From Gammaproteobacteria bacterium (GTDB lineage Bacteria > Pseudomonadota > Gammaproteobacteria > Ga0077536), in assembly GCA_963662545.2 (NCBI GenBank), contig CAXXLL010000002.1:1536001-1600000 (forward strand): 64,000 bases of DNA. The letters are read 5' to 3'. This document shows, piece by piece, positions 20,908 through 30,659 of the stretch (position 1 is its first letter; each line of letters begins with the position of its first letter). A program made the translations under genes and the position numbers. Below the pieces are notes generated by a model, which worked only from the letters and a program-made list of their open reading frames with translations, did no database searches and was not told the origin of the DNA.

Positions 20908-21184
20908 GGTATTGTCCCGTTAACTCCAACTCGACATGTCATGCACCGAGTTGTGGTCGTTCAGGAGCTGGTTGCAATCTGCCAAGACCTGAACGCCCGT
21001 AACCTGAAAAGTCGATAGTTTTTGGCGGCCGTCTACAATTTATTCAACCTTGGTCGTCACCTTGTTTCAGTGAAACCTATCGATTTTTTCGAATGCGTGC
21101 CTTTGCGCTTTGGGAGCAAATTACTGTGTAAAAGGCAGATTCTGGTCAAGTACGTCCAGACAGAGAACTTAACTTGTCAGTACC
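20908..21184. mobile_element. two IS6-family 3' ends fused back-to-back
   Basis: Left TIR GGTATTGTCCCGTTAA with minus-strand tnp tail (AKNYRLFRLRAFRSW); plus-strand tnp tail (AAVYNLFNLGRHLVS) ending TTAACTTGTCAGTACC. Confidence 0.8.
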
Positions 21185-21217
21185 TCCGTCACCCTTACTA
21201 CTCGGAATAGGTTCTAG

Positions 21218-22522
21218 TCATCGGCGTTCAGCTCGCGCCTGCCCTTCATCTCGGTAGTGACGCGCCCGCTCCTCATCTCCAGCATCCCCGTATACGAGGC
21301 TCAGGTTGACATACGCCTCGGCATAATTCGCATCACAGGCGATCGCATTTTTGAATGCGCGAATCGCACCGTCGTCATCGCCCAGGGCTTTCTCGATGAT
21401 TCCCAGGGTGTTGTGAAACGCCGCCACGCGGTCATTACGCCAAATCACGGTTGTAGCGTTTTCCCGCGCGGCATCCAATTCTCCGCGCTGATATTGGATA
21501 ACGGACATCATGTGCAGCGCGAGCGTGGTGAACGGCCGTAAGTCCAGGATCTCGCGACATCCGGCTTCGGCGGTATCGATTTCGCCCGCGTCGATCTTTT
21601 GTTTTACTTGCGCGGTGAAGGTTTCTATGGCTTTTATATCGACGTAGGCGATCTGCTGCGCAAAGGCGCCACTGCCGGAATCGCCGGCGTTCAACCAGCC
21701 GCGACAGAGTGCGCGGTAGCAGGCCCTGCGCTGTTCGGCAGTGAGGTTCGCGCGCCCGACCGCGCCGACATATTCGAGGCCCAGCCGAAGCCCGGTGCAC
21801 CTCGACCACAAGCCGCGCTTGTCGGGATCGAACCAGGCGAGAAGTTCGCGTTCGTTGGCGGCCGCTTCGGTAGAAATACCGGCATGCATACGGCGCAGGA
21901 ACAAGTACTCGGGAACTTCTCGGAATTTTCCCATCAGGCCGAGCTCCGCCAGCATCACTTTGTCCGCGCCGATATAGCTGCCGATCAGGCTGGTGCCGTT
22001 CAGCGCTTCCGTCCGGATCAGACCGAACACCGGATTGCAGCGGGAAATTACGCGCAGCAGGCGGTAGAGGCGCTGATGCGGCTTACCGGATTCGAGGCTC
22101 AGATTATCCATGAACTTAGCAAACACACCGCCTTGTTCGTCAATGAACACGGTTCTCGGATAACACAAAACCGTCGAGTCGCCGGCATCTTCGAACGCTT
22201 CGAGGCAGCGCGCGAGAAAGGTGGGCGCGCACTCGTCGTCGTGCGCGGCCCATTTGAAGAACCGGCCCGTCGCCTCGCCGACGGTGAAATTGTAGTTCCA
22301 CGCCGCACCGCGGTTCCGGTCATGGCGTGTATATCTCACGCGTGAGTCCCGCGATTCGTATTCAAGGCATATTTCGGCGGTTCGATCAGTCGAGCCGTTA
22401 TCGGAAATCAGAATTTCGAAGTCTTCAAAGGTCTGGTTCGCCAAGGACAGCAGTGCGCGCCTTAGAAAGCGCTCGCCGTTATAGACCGGCAGGCCAATCG
22501 AGACGGTCGGGTGTGGAGTCAT
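21218..22522 (-). CDS. GT2 glycosyltransferase with C-terminal TPRs
   Basis: SIGLPVYNGE, SDNGSTD, WAAHDD; TPR pattern FHNTLG...AYVNLS. Confidence 0.9.
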   Translation of the reverse strand: MTPHPTVSIGLPVYNGERFLRRALLSLANQTFEDFEILISDNGSTDRTAEICLEYESRDSRVRYTRHDRNRGAAWNYNFTVGEATGRFFKWAAHDDECAPTFLARCLEAFEDAGDSTVLCYPRTVFIDEQGGVFAKFMDNLSLESGKPHQRLYRLLRVISRCNPVFGLIRTEALNGTSLIGSYIGADKVMLAELGLMGKFREVPEYLFLRRMHAGISTEAAANERELLAWFDPDKRGLWSRCTGLRLGLEYVGAVGRANLTAEQRRACYRALCRGWLNAGDSGSGAFAQQIAYVDIKAIETFTAQVKQKIDAGEIDTAEAGCREILDLRPFTTLALHMMSVIQYQRGELDAARENATTVIWRNDRVAAFHNTLGIIEKALGDDDGAIRAFKNAIACDANYAEAYVNLSLVYGDAGDEERARHYRDEGQARAERR

Positions 22523-22572
22523 GGTTCGGGCCGCTAAGGAACCTAAGCGTTCGTTTCAAGTGCAGCGTATCG

Positions 22573-23763
22573 TCAGATCGTCAGCACGTCTGCGTTCTGC
22601 CCGAGTGCCCGAAGGTCCGATTCAACCTCGTCCCGATAGAATGCATTCGAAACAAGTACGACGTCGGGCTCGATAGTCCGAAGTGCTTCCGGCGCCACGA
22701 TGCGGTGACCGCTGCCGGCGACGTAGCGGCCCTGTTTTCTCGGGTTGAGGTCGACGGCTGCGGCGATGTGTGCGGGATCGGCCAGAGCGTTGAGAAAGCT
22801 CACCCCTTTGGAACCGACGCCCCACAGTACCGCTGGTCCTATCGACTGTTCGCGTCGTTCGAAAAATCTGCGCCAATGGTATTCGCGCGCAGCGGCTTCG
22901 CGCCGGAACCGGGTAAGCGTATCGTCGCTCAGGGATAGGTCGCTCATCCGTACAGTATCTTTTTCGCGTAGCGCGCCGATCCGTGCCTCGACGGACAAAA
23001 ACTGATCGTCGAACGCGAGGTCGATAGACGTGAGCACGTAACCGGAGATCTCGAGCAGCGCGCGGATAGAATCGCGCGTGAAATAGAGCGGATGTTCGAA
23101 GATCACGTCCCATAAACCGCAATGTTCGAGCATCGTCTCGGCGTTCGGCACTTCGAAGTAAAATCGGATCCCGGATACCGATGCGGCGCGCGCCCGGACG
23201 AGCTTAAGCAGTTCGGCCGGCTCTGCGAGATGCTCGAGCACGTGGCGGCAGACGACGAGACGGGTCAGGTCCGTAATGCAGTCCGCCGCTGTATAGGGCT
23301 GCTTGCGAAGGCTGACGGTTCCGTCATCGTTCGGTTCGCCGTTTTCCGTAAGCGCCGGGTCGTAACCGATCCCGCGACAACCGGCGCGCCGGCAGAGCAG
23401 GGTGAGAAACTCGCCGTGACCACAGCCGAGTTCGACGACTTCACCTCGGCGCAGGCATCCGTCCGCGGCAAGACGCGCCGCCAGTTCTTCCGAGTACGCC
23501 TGAAACCGCCGGGAGAAGTGGAGCGAATTCTCGTAGTCCTCGTCATACACGACGGCGAGCGGATCGAATCGAACGTTCTGAATCCCGCCGCAACGCTCGC
23601 AGCGGGCGAGCATGATATCGGCTGTTGGTGCGTTGACGGCTTCGTGCCGCGACGCGTATTGCCTGTTGCACAGGATGGGCGTACCAGAGCGATTGAAGAA
23701 TTCCGTGAGCGCGGTGCTCGAGCAGAGGGCGCATCGGACCGCGGTGCCGTTCATGTCATGCAA
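22573..23763 (-). CDS. SAM-dependent NDP-sugar C-methyltransferase-like protein
   Basis: Zn-binding CALC..CERC, ELGCGHG, RHVLEH, FEVPN, C-terminal WGVGSKG...DLNPRKQG. Confidence 0.85.
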   Translation of the reverse strand: MHDMNGTAVRCALCSSTALTEFFNRSGTPILCNRQYASRHEAVNAPTADIMLARCERCGGIQNVRFDPLAVVYDEDYENSLHFSRRFQAYSEELAARLAADGCLRRGEVVELGCGHGEFLTLLCRRAGCRGIGYDPALTENGEPNDDGTVSLRKQPYTAADCITDLTRLVVCRHVLEHLAEPAELLKLVRARAASVSGIRFYFEVPNAETMLEHCGLWDVIFEHPLYFTRDSIRALLEISGYVLTSIDLAFDDQFLSVEARIGALREKDTVRMSDLSLSDDTLTRFRREAAAREYHWRRFFERREQSIGPAVLWGVGSKGVSFLNALADPAHIAAAVDLNPRKQGRYVAGSGHRIVAPEALRTIEPDVVLVSNAFYRDEVESDLRALGQNADVLTI

Positions 23764-24920
23764 TAAAGCTCGGGCCGCGCATTCATTTCATCAAGCTCGC
23801 GCCGTACTTCGTCCTCATAAATTGCGTTCATCACGACCACGACGTCAACCGGCCGCGACTTGATTGCCAAGGGCGGCAGGATCTCATAACCCGATCCGGG
23901 CAGAAACTTGTTCTGCTTGCGGGGATTGATGTCGACGACATAGTCGACCGCGAACTCGATCGCGAGCGTGCTCAGAAGGGACACCGCTTTCGAACCGCCA
24001 CCCCACAGCACCACCCGACGCCTTTCGCGGCGCCACTCCATGAATAAGGCACGCCACCGGGCGAGGCTCGCGGCCATCCTGGTCGTGAAATGCTCGTTCA
24101 GGGCATCGATGCTGCTGGCGTCGTTTATCGGTACTGCACCCGCTCCGCCGTTGCCGCTCGTCGCCTCCAGGATCAGATATTGATCGTCGAAGACCGCATA
24201 CACGGTGTCGACATGGAAACCACAGGCGTCGAACAGATGCGACAGCGATCGTGCGGAATAGTAACCGCAGTGTTCGTAGTAAATGTCCCAGAAAGCCGAT
24301 CGTTCGAATATCGAATCCGCGTCGGGCACTTCAAACAGAATTGCCGCCTCGTCGTGCACGCGCCCGCGAAGAAAGCGCAGGAAGCGAACGGGATCGTCGA
24401 TGTGCTCGAGCGTGTGTCTGCAAACCACGAGATCGGCAAGCGGGATCAGGCCGGCCTCGCGTTCGATCTCGTTGGTGACGAATCGAACGTTCACCGGGCG
24501 CTCGCCACCGTCTTCACGCTCCCGGTAGCCGGGGTCGACGCCGATGCCGGTGAGCCCGCGGCCCTTGCACAGTGCCGTCAGGAAATCGCCTTTCCCGCAG
24601 CCGATCTCGAGCACGGTCTGCCCGGTGCAAGGTAAGCGGTTCGCGATCCGCTGGATTATTTCGTCCGTAAACCGGTTGAAGCGCGCCGAATAGGCCTGCG
24701 ATTCTTCGCAGCGTGTCGAATACTCCACGCGTGCCGGATCGAAGCATCGGTTGAAGATGTAACCGCAGCCGCCGCACAAAACGAGATCGATATCCCCTGC
24801 GCTGACGCCCGTCGCGGCGTCGCGCGAGTTCATCAGCAGAACATCGTTGACCGGTACGTTTTCGACGTGGTGGACCTGCCGAAGATCGGGGTTGCCGCAT
24901 ATTCTGCATCCGGATTTCAC
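23751..24920 (-). CDS. SAM-dependent NDP-sugar C-methyltransferase-like protein
   Basis: CRIC..CGGC, EIGCGKG, RHTLEH, DIYYEH, WGGGSK, DINPRKQ. Confidence 0.85.
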   Translation of the reverse strand: MKSGCRICGNPDLRQVHHVENVPVNDVLLMNSRDAATGVSAGDIDLVLCGGCGYIFNRCFDPARVEYSTRCEESQAYSARFNRFTDEIIQRIANRLPCTGQTVLEIGCGKGDFLTALCKGRGLTGIGVDPGYREREDGGERPVNVRFVTNEIEREAGLIPLADLVVCRHTLEHIDDPVRFLRFLRGRVHDEAAILFEVPDADSIFERSAFWDIYYEHCGYYSARSLSHLFDACGFHVDTVYAVFDDQYLILEATSGNGGAGAVPINDASSIDALNEHFTTRMAASLARWRALFMEWRRERRRVVLWGGGSKAVSLLSTLAIEFAVDYVVDINPRKQNKFLPGSGYEILPPLAIKSRPVDVVVVMNAIYEDEVRRELDEMNARPELYCMT

Positions 24921-25035
24921 TAACGCGGCCTCTTTTCAATCATTTGTTTTTCAAATATTTTTCAGCCTGCTGGCTCCTGCGGAAGTCCTTTTTTGTAGGC
25001 GGCAGCCAGCTGGTGAATTTCTTTCAAGATAGATT

Positions 25036-26258
25036 CTAAATAATTTCCGGCATTGGAATCGGGACGATGAACTTTCCTCCCGCTTCTCGGTATTGCGCTT
25101 GCTGCGCCAGGATTTCCTCTTTCAGGTTCCACGGCAAAAGCAGCATGAAATCAGGAGACGATTCGGAGATGGTGTTCACCGGCATAACAGGCAGGTGTAC
25201 GCCCGGGACCAGGCGACCTTGCTTGTGTGGATTGGCGTCGACCACGTAATCGATCACATCGGTTCCGAAGCCGCATGCGTTTAATAGCATCGTCCCTTTT
25301 GCGGCTGCGCCATAAGCGGCGATACGACTCCCATCCGCTTTCAATCCGGCCACGAGGTTTTTTAGTTCGTCGATCAATCGCCCCACGCGTACCGCAAATT
25401 CGTCATGGTAGTTCGATTGCGTCAGGCCGCAGCGGCGTTCGCCGGCCGTCAGCCTGTCGAGCTCGGTGCATTCGACCTGTCCCCGGCTTGCGGTAAGCCG
25501 CAATGATCCCCCTTGTGCCGGGATTCTCTCGATGTCGTGTATATGCAGATCGTGAAATGTCAGCAGCCGTGCGATCGCGCCGGCCGAGAAATAGCAAAGA
25601 TGCTCATGATAGATGGTGTCGAACTGCAGGCCGTCGATCAGCGACTTGAGGTAGTGCACTTCGATTCGGGCACTCCCCCCTGGTTTCAGAAGCGCGCCGA
25701 TACCTGCAACGAATTCGTGAAGGTTTTCCACGTGCGCGAGCACGTTGTTCGCGATGACGACATCGGCCTGCCCGCGCTCGCGCATGATCGCCTGAGCGAG
25801 CGAGGCGTCGAAAAATGCCTCGCGGACATCGATCCCCCGCGCGCGCGGCCTCACAGGGACCGGCGGCGGGTTCGACGCCCAATGCCGGGATCCCGCGCTT
25901 TTTGAAGCTTTCCAGGAGATAGCCGTCGTTACAGGCGAGTTCGACGACCAGGGACTGGCCCGTCGAGGCGATGCTGGGCGATCAGGGCATCGACATGCGT
26001 CCGGCTATCTTCGACGAGCGTACTTGAATACGAGGAATAGTACGGGTAGCTCTCACAAAAGAGCTTTTCACGAGGCACGGTGCCGGTGACCTGCATCAGC
26101 GAGCAGTCGCTGCACCAGGCGAGGTCCAAGGGATAAAGCGTTTCACCGTTGATCGCGGACGCGCCGACCAGAAAGCCATCGGCCAGCGGCTTGAGTCCGA
26201 AGGAAAGAAATTCATCGAGTGCCGTTGAGCCGCAGACGCGACAACTCTTGATGCGCAT
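25036..26258 (-). pseudogene. NDP-hexose C-methyltransferase with two frameshifts (possibly sequencing errors)
   Basis: CRVC..CSDC N part; middle frame VELACNDGYLL...GVEPA; C part ANNVLAHV, DTIYHEH, YGAAAKG; shifts at G-runs near 25960 and 25835. Confidence 0.8.
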
Positions 26259-26274
26259 GAAGTTCTTTCGCGCC

Positions 26275-27324
26275 TCAGTCGCCGGTTACGATGTCGCTGG
26301 CGTCTTCCCGTCGCAGGTCTTGATCGAGTTCGCCGCGATCGACCATTGCCTTGAGCTGCGGCAGGCGCTCGAAGCGCGCACCGACGAAGTCGGCGTACGC
26401 GACGGCGTAGCGGCGAAACGCATTCTCCAGTTGCGCGATGCCGAGATCCAAATCCCACTTAGGGTCGAACCCCGTAACAGTTTTCTGGATTTTTTCACAG
26501 CTAACACGGTAGTTGCGTGCATCCCGGAATCGCTTGTCAGCATGTCGTACACGACTACCTTCAACCTGCGCCGCGACCCGATCGGCGATATCACGCACGG
26601 TGTAATTCTCTTCCGTGCTGCCAACGTTGTAGGCCTGATTGTGAGTGAGTTCGCGCGGCGTTTCACACACCGCGAGGATCGCACGGGCGATATCTTCAAC
26701 GTGGATCAATGGGCGCCAGGCGATACCGTCGCTTTTCAACAGCACATCGCCTGTGATCACGGCATATCCGACGAGGTTGTTGACCACGAGGTCGGCACGC
26801 AGTTTCGGCGACACGCCATAGGCCGTGGCGAACCGGAGATAGACGGGCGAGAAATCATCGCCGGCCAGCGTCGCGAGACCTCGTTCTGCAAGGACTTTTG
26901 AACGTCCGTATACCGACACGGGATGAAAGGGCGCTTCTTCGTCGATGAGTGTGCCGTCGGACGCACCGTAAAGGCTGCACGACGACGCCAGCACGAATCG
27001 CCTGACGCCGGCCGTCTTCGCGAGACGCGCGAGTTCGACGGCCGCACGAAAATTGATCTCCTCGGTCGCGCGCGGATTTAGATCGCCCATCGGGTCATTG
27101 CATAGCGCCGCCAGATGCACGACCGCATCCAAGCCTTCGAGCCGGCCGGTCGTGATCATCCTGACGTCGAGACGAGCGGTGTCGAAATCTTCCCTAAACG
27201 GAAATAGACGGCGGTGCTCGAACCAGTACGAATCCACGCCTCGCACTTCATGACCGGCGTCGATCAGCATCGGCGCAAGAACAGAGCCGATGTAGCCATT
27301 GTGGCCGGTCACGAGAATCTTCAC
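26275..27324 (-). CDS. NAD-dependent NDP-sugar epimerase/dehydratase (SDR)
   Basis: GTG start overlapping the upstream stop; TGHNGYIG, SSCSLYG, YGRSK. Confidence 0.9.
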   Translation of the reverse strand: MKILVTGHNGYIGSVLAPMLIDAGHEVRGVDSYWFEHRRLFPFREDFDTARLDVRMITTGRLEGLDAVVHLAALCNDPMGDLNPRATEEINFRAAVELARLAKTAGVRRFVLASSCSLYGASDGTLIDEEAPFHPVSVYGRSKVLAERGLATLAGDDFSPVYLRFATAYGVSPKLRADLVVNNLVGYAVITGDVLLKSDGIAWRPLIHVEDIARAILAVCETPRELTHNQAYNVGSTEENYTVRDIADRVAAQVEGSRVRHADKRFRDARNYRVSCEKIQKTVTGFDPKWDLDLGIAQLENAFRRYAVAYADFVGARFERLPQLKAMVDRGELDQDLRREDASDIVTGD

Positions 27325-28100
27325 GAGCTCGCATCTCCAGTGTGCCAAGGCGCAGCGCCGCGGCGCCACAGGTCTTCCATGCGTTCGAGATCGGCGGGCG
27401 TGTCGACGCAGTCCCAAAAGCCCTGGTGCCGGAAGGCCATCAGTTCGCCCGCGGCAGCAAGGCGCGGCAGCGCGCCGGTTTCAATCATTTCCATATCGGA
27501 TTCGATGAAATCCATGACTGCGGCTTCGAGGACGAAGAACCCTCCGTTGATCAATTCTTGCGCGCTGCCCGGCTTCTCGTCGAATGCGACTACACAGTCA
27601 CCGTCCAGGGTGAGCCGGCCGAAACGGGGCGGCGAGCGCACCGCGGTGACCGTTGCGATTTTGCCATGCTCACGGTGAAAGTCTAATAGTCCTGTGAGAT
27701 CGAGATCGGCTAGTCCGTCACACCACGCGAGAAAAAACGGATTGGCGCCGATGTCATCGCGCAAGCGGCGCAGGCGCCCACCCGAACCCGTGTGCAGGCC
27801 CGTATTGATAATTTGTGTTACAAGTCCGGATCCACCGGGATCCGTCACGCATAAGGCACCATCGGCCGTTTCTATTTTGGGCAAGGTGAAAAGATCGTTC
27901 GGTTTCGAGAAATACTCGGTGATCGAATTGGCAAGGTGCCCCGTTGCCACGATGAATTCGAAGTGACCGTGATGCATGAACAACCGCATAATGTGAGACA
28001 GGAGCGGTGTGTCCCCGACGGTGAGGAGCGCTTTCGGCGTTTCGTGCGTTTGCTGACCCAATCTGGAACCCGTTCCGCCGGCAAGGATGACCGTTTTCAT
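27321..28100 (-). CDS. rfbF: glucose-1-phosphate cytidylyltransferase-like nucleotidyltransferase
   Basis: ILAGGTGSRL...PK, TGLHTGSGGRL, DGLADLD, INGGFFVLE, HQGFWDCVDT. Confidence 0.75.
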   Translation of the reverse strand: MKTVILAGGTGSRLGQQTHETPKALLTVGDTPLLSHIMRLFMHHGHFEFIVATGHLANSITEYFSKPNDLFTLPKIETADGALCVTDPGGSGLVTQIINTGLHTGSGGRLRRLRDDIGANPFFLAWCDGLADLDLTGLLDFHREHGKIATVTAVRSPPRFGRLTLDGDCVVAFDEKPGSAQELINGGFFVLEAAVMDFIESDMEMIETGALPRLAAAGELMAFRHQGFWDCVDTPADLERMEDLWRRGAAPWHTGDASS

Positions 28101-28180
28101 TCGGGAATATTCAAGTAGGTTTTAAAGCAGCCGCAAATAAGGGCGGTGATGACGATAACAGTGACAGTGATGAGATATCA

Positions 28181-29278
28181 ATGAGGTCGGAGTCTCCATG
28201 GCGAACAAGGATCGCAGGCGGCGTATTCGCGCTCGCCTGCATCATGTGCGCGAGCGCTGCAACCGCGGATTCGGCGCGCGCAACGAGCACCCCCGAAATC
28301 GCGATCTGGTACGGCGATCACCAGAAGTTTGGACAGCGCGGAACGCCGCAACGCTGGCTGAACGTACTCGGCAGTATTGATCCGATCGAAACCGTCGAAC
28401 GTCTCACTTACAGGCTCGATGGGGGTACAGAACGGCTCTTGTCCATCGGGCCCGACGACCGCAGACTCGCCGGCAGCGGCGATTTCAACATTGAAATTCC
28501 GGTAAACCCGCTCGCAGCGGCCGCCAGTACCGCCGGCCGGGCGCACGGGATTGAAATCCGGGCGCACACTCAAACGGGCGAGGTCCATTCGAGCACGATG
28601 CACTTCGAATATGACCCGCGTGCCGCGTGGCCGCTGCCGTATCGCATCGAATGGCACAAGGTCACCGATGTAAACGATGCCGTGCAGGTCGTCGACGGCA
28701 ATTGGGTCATTCAGGAGAAAGGACTGCGCACGCTAGAAATGGGCTACGACCGCGCGGTCGCGTTCGGCGATGCGCGCTGGGGTGATTTCGAAATGATCGC
28801 GGAAGTGACGCTGCACGGGATCGATGCGTCGGGCTACGCGCCGCCGAGCAACGGTCCGGGATTCGGGTTTTTGACGCGCTGGCAGGGACACATCGACAGG
28901 GACGAACAGCAGCCGAAAATCGGCGTGTGGCCTGCTGGCACGCTGGTGATGTACCGCTGGCGGCGCGCGTGGGAAACGCCGCGGCTCGGCATGTTCGGTA
29001 ACGGCGGTGTGCCGCTCGGGTTCGACCAAACGGGGTTCCGCTTCGAACCCGGGGAAACGTATATCGTTGCGATCAGGCTCGTCACACTGCAGAGCGGACA
29101 CACTTCCTGCGGGCTCAAGATCTGGCCGCGGGACGCATCCGAGCCCGACAGCTGGATGCTGTTTATCACTCTCGAAGACACCGCGCCGGCATCCGGTTCC
29201 ATTCTTTTCATCGCGCACCATGCGGACGTCACCCTCGGCCAGGTCGCGGTACGCAAGCTGAACCTTGAACGGCGATGA
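28181..29278 (+). CDS. secreted hypothetical protein, probable Ig-like plus lectin/ConA-like beta domains
   Basis: N-terminal hydrophobic signal; beta-rich, Trp-rich sequence; divergent from the rfbF operon. Confidence 0.55.
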   Translation: MRSESPWRTRIAGGVFALACIMCASAATADSARATSTPEIAIWYGDHQKFGQRGTPQRWLNVLGSIDPIETVERLTYRLDGGTERLLSIGPDDRRLAGSGDFNIEIPVNPLAAAASTAGRAHGIEIRAHTQTGEVHSSTMHFEYDPRAAWPLPYRIEWHKVTDVNDAVQVVDGNWVIQEKGLRTLEMGYDRAVAFGDARWGDFEMIAEVTLHGIDASGYAPPSNGPGFGFLTRWQGHIDRDEQQPKIGVWPAGTLVMYRWRRAWETPRLGMFGNGGVPLGFDQTGFRFEPGETYIVAIRLVTLQSGHTSCGLKIWPRDASEPDSWMLFITLEDTAPASGSILFIAHHADVTLGQVAVRKLNLERR

Positions 29279-29297
29279 TGGCTGAATGAGGTGGTAG

Positions 29298-30500
29298 ATG
29301 CTTAACGTACTGCTCGCCTGGGAACTGGGCGGCGGCCTCGGGCATGTGAATCGGCTGTGCGCGCTGGGCGATGCGCTGGCCGCCGACGGCCGGCAGGTGC
29401 TTTATGCACTGGTACAGCCGTCCGCGCTCGACGACATTCCAGGGCCAAATGCACGTGAAGCCGTTCCGGCGCCATTTTTGAAGAAGCCGGAACAGGCACC
29501 GCCCTACCCGATCTGCAACTACGGTGAACTGTTGCTGCGCTGCGGCTACCGGCGGCCGGTGGAATTGTGGGAACTGTTCAACGGCTGGTGCCGGATCCTG
29601 AAGCAATACCAACCGCGCCTGTTGGTCGCCGATCATTCGCCGACCGCTTTGCTCGCAGCGCGCGCGCTCGGGATCCCGGCCGTTCGTTTCGGCACCGGCT
29701 TCGCCGCGCCGCCTTCGGCGACGCCCTTCCCCCTGCTGTCACCATCGCTCGAAAACTACCGCGAGCGCGTCGCCAAGAGCGAACAAGCCGTGCTCGAAAC
29801 CGTGAACCGGGTCCTCGTCGAATGTAAATACGATCCCTTGACGGTGCTCGAAGACATGTTTGACGGCATCGCGCGCGACTTCGTCGCATCTTTTCCCGAA
29901 CTCGACCAGTATCCGGGGCGCGAGGGGGTGGAATATTGCGGGCCGATAACTACATCTAACACCGGCATCCCGCCGCAATGGCCCGCCGAGCACGAACCGC
30001 GCGTGTTCGCCTATCTAAAGGGGAAGGATCCAAACTTCCGCGCGGCCGTCGCGCAACTCGCCGACAGCGGCGCCAATCTGCTGATCTTCGCCAGTGACGT
30101 CGATCCTGCGGTGGCAGCCCATTACGCCGCGCGCAACGTCGCGTTCGCGGAACAACCGGTCGATCTGGGCGAAGCGGCGGCGCAGGCCGATGCGGTCGTG
30201 TGCCACGCCGGTCACACGTCCGTGCTGCAATGCCTCGCGGCTGGTACGCCCCTGATCCTGCTGCCGACGTACCGCGAGCAGACCATGACAGCCGAGCGCG
30301 TCGTGGCCCTCGGTGCCGGCGTGGTGGCGGTTCCGACGAAGGCTTCCAGTCAGCTCGGCGCAAGCTTGACTCGAGTGCTGGAGGCAGACATCTGCAAAGC
30401 CGCCGCAGGGTTCGCCGAGGCGCATCGTACGCACTCCAGGGACGCCGCTCTGGAACGCCTTGTGGACGCCTGCCGAAACCTCGCCGGTCCATGCGATTGA
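29298..30500 (+). CDS. GT-B fold glycosyltransferase (GT1/GT28-like)
   Basis: WELGGGLGH, ADHSPTA, CHAGHTSVLQCLAAGTPLILLP..EQ. Confidence 0.85.
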   Translation: MLNVLLAWELGGGLGHVNRLCALGDALAADGRQVLYALVQPSALDDIPGPNAREAVPAPFLKKPEQAPPYPICNYGELLLRCGYRRPVELWELFNGWCRILKQYQPRLLVADHSPTALLAARALGIPAVRFGTGFAAPPSATPFPLLSPSLENYRERVAKSEQAVLETVNRVLVECKYDPLTVLEDMFDGIARDFVASFPELDQYPGREGVEYCGPITTSNTGIPPQWPAEHEPRVFAYLKGKDPNFRAAVAQLADSGANLLIFASDVDPAVAAHYAARNVAFAEQPVDLGEAAAQADAVVCHAGHTSVLQCLAAGTPLILLPTYREQTMTAERVVALGAGVVAVPTKASSQLGASLTRVLEADICKAAAGFAEAHRTHSRDAALERLVDACRNLAGPCD

Positions 30501-30659
30501 ATTATAAGATAAATCCTATATCTACTTGTTTTACGTAGTAAAAAGCTTTATCTTCGCGGAGCAAGCGCGCTTAGCCGGGACGGTCGTGCGCGGCGTTTTG
30601 AAAGCCTCTCAACGTCGAGTCGCAGATCCCGTTGCATCATCCCCCCGGGGGGTATTTGA

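Noticed and set aside
28146-28180. Short GATGAC/GATAAC/AGTGAC hexamer-like repeats
   Set aside because: Too short and degenerate to call.
30500-30550. AT-rich stretch with TTTTAC-GTA-GTAAAA palindrome as a Fur box
   Set aside because: Poor match to GATAATGATAATCATTATC; may be some operator but cannot be assigned.
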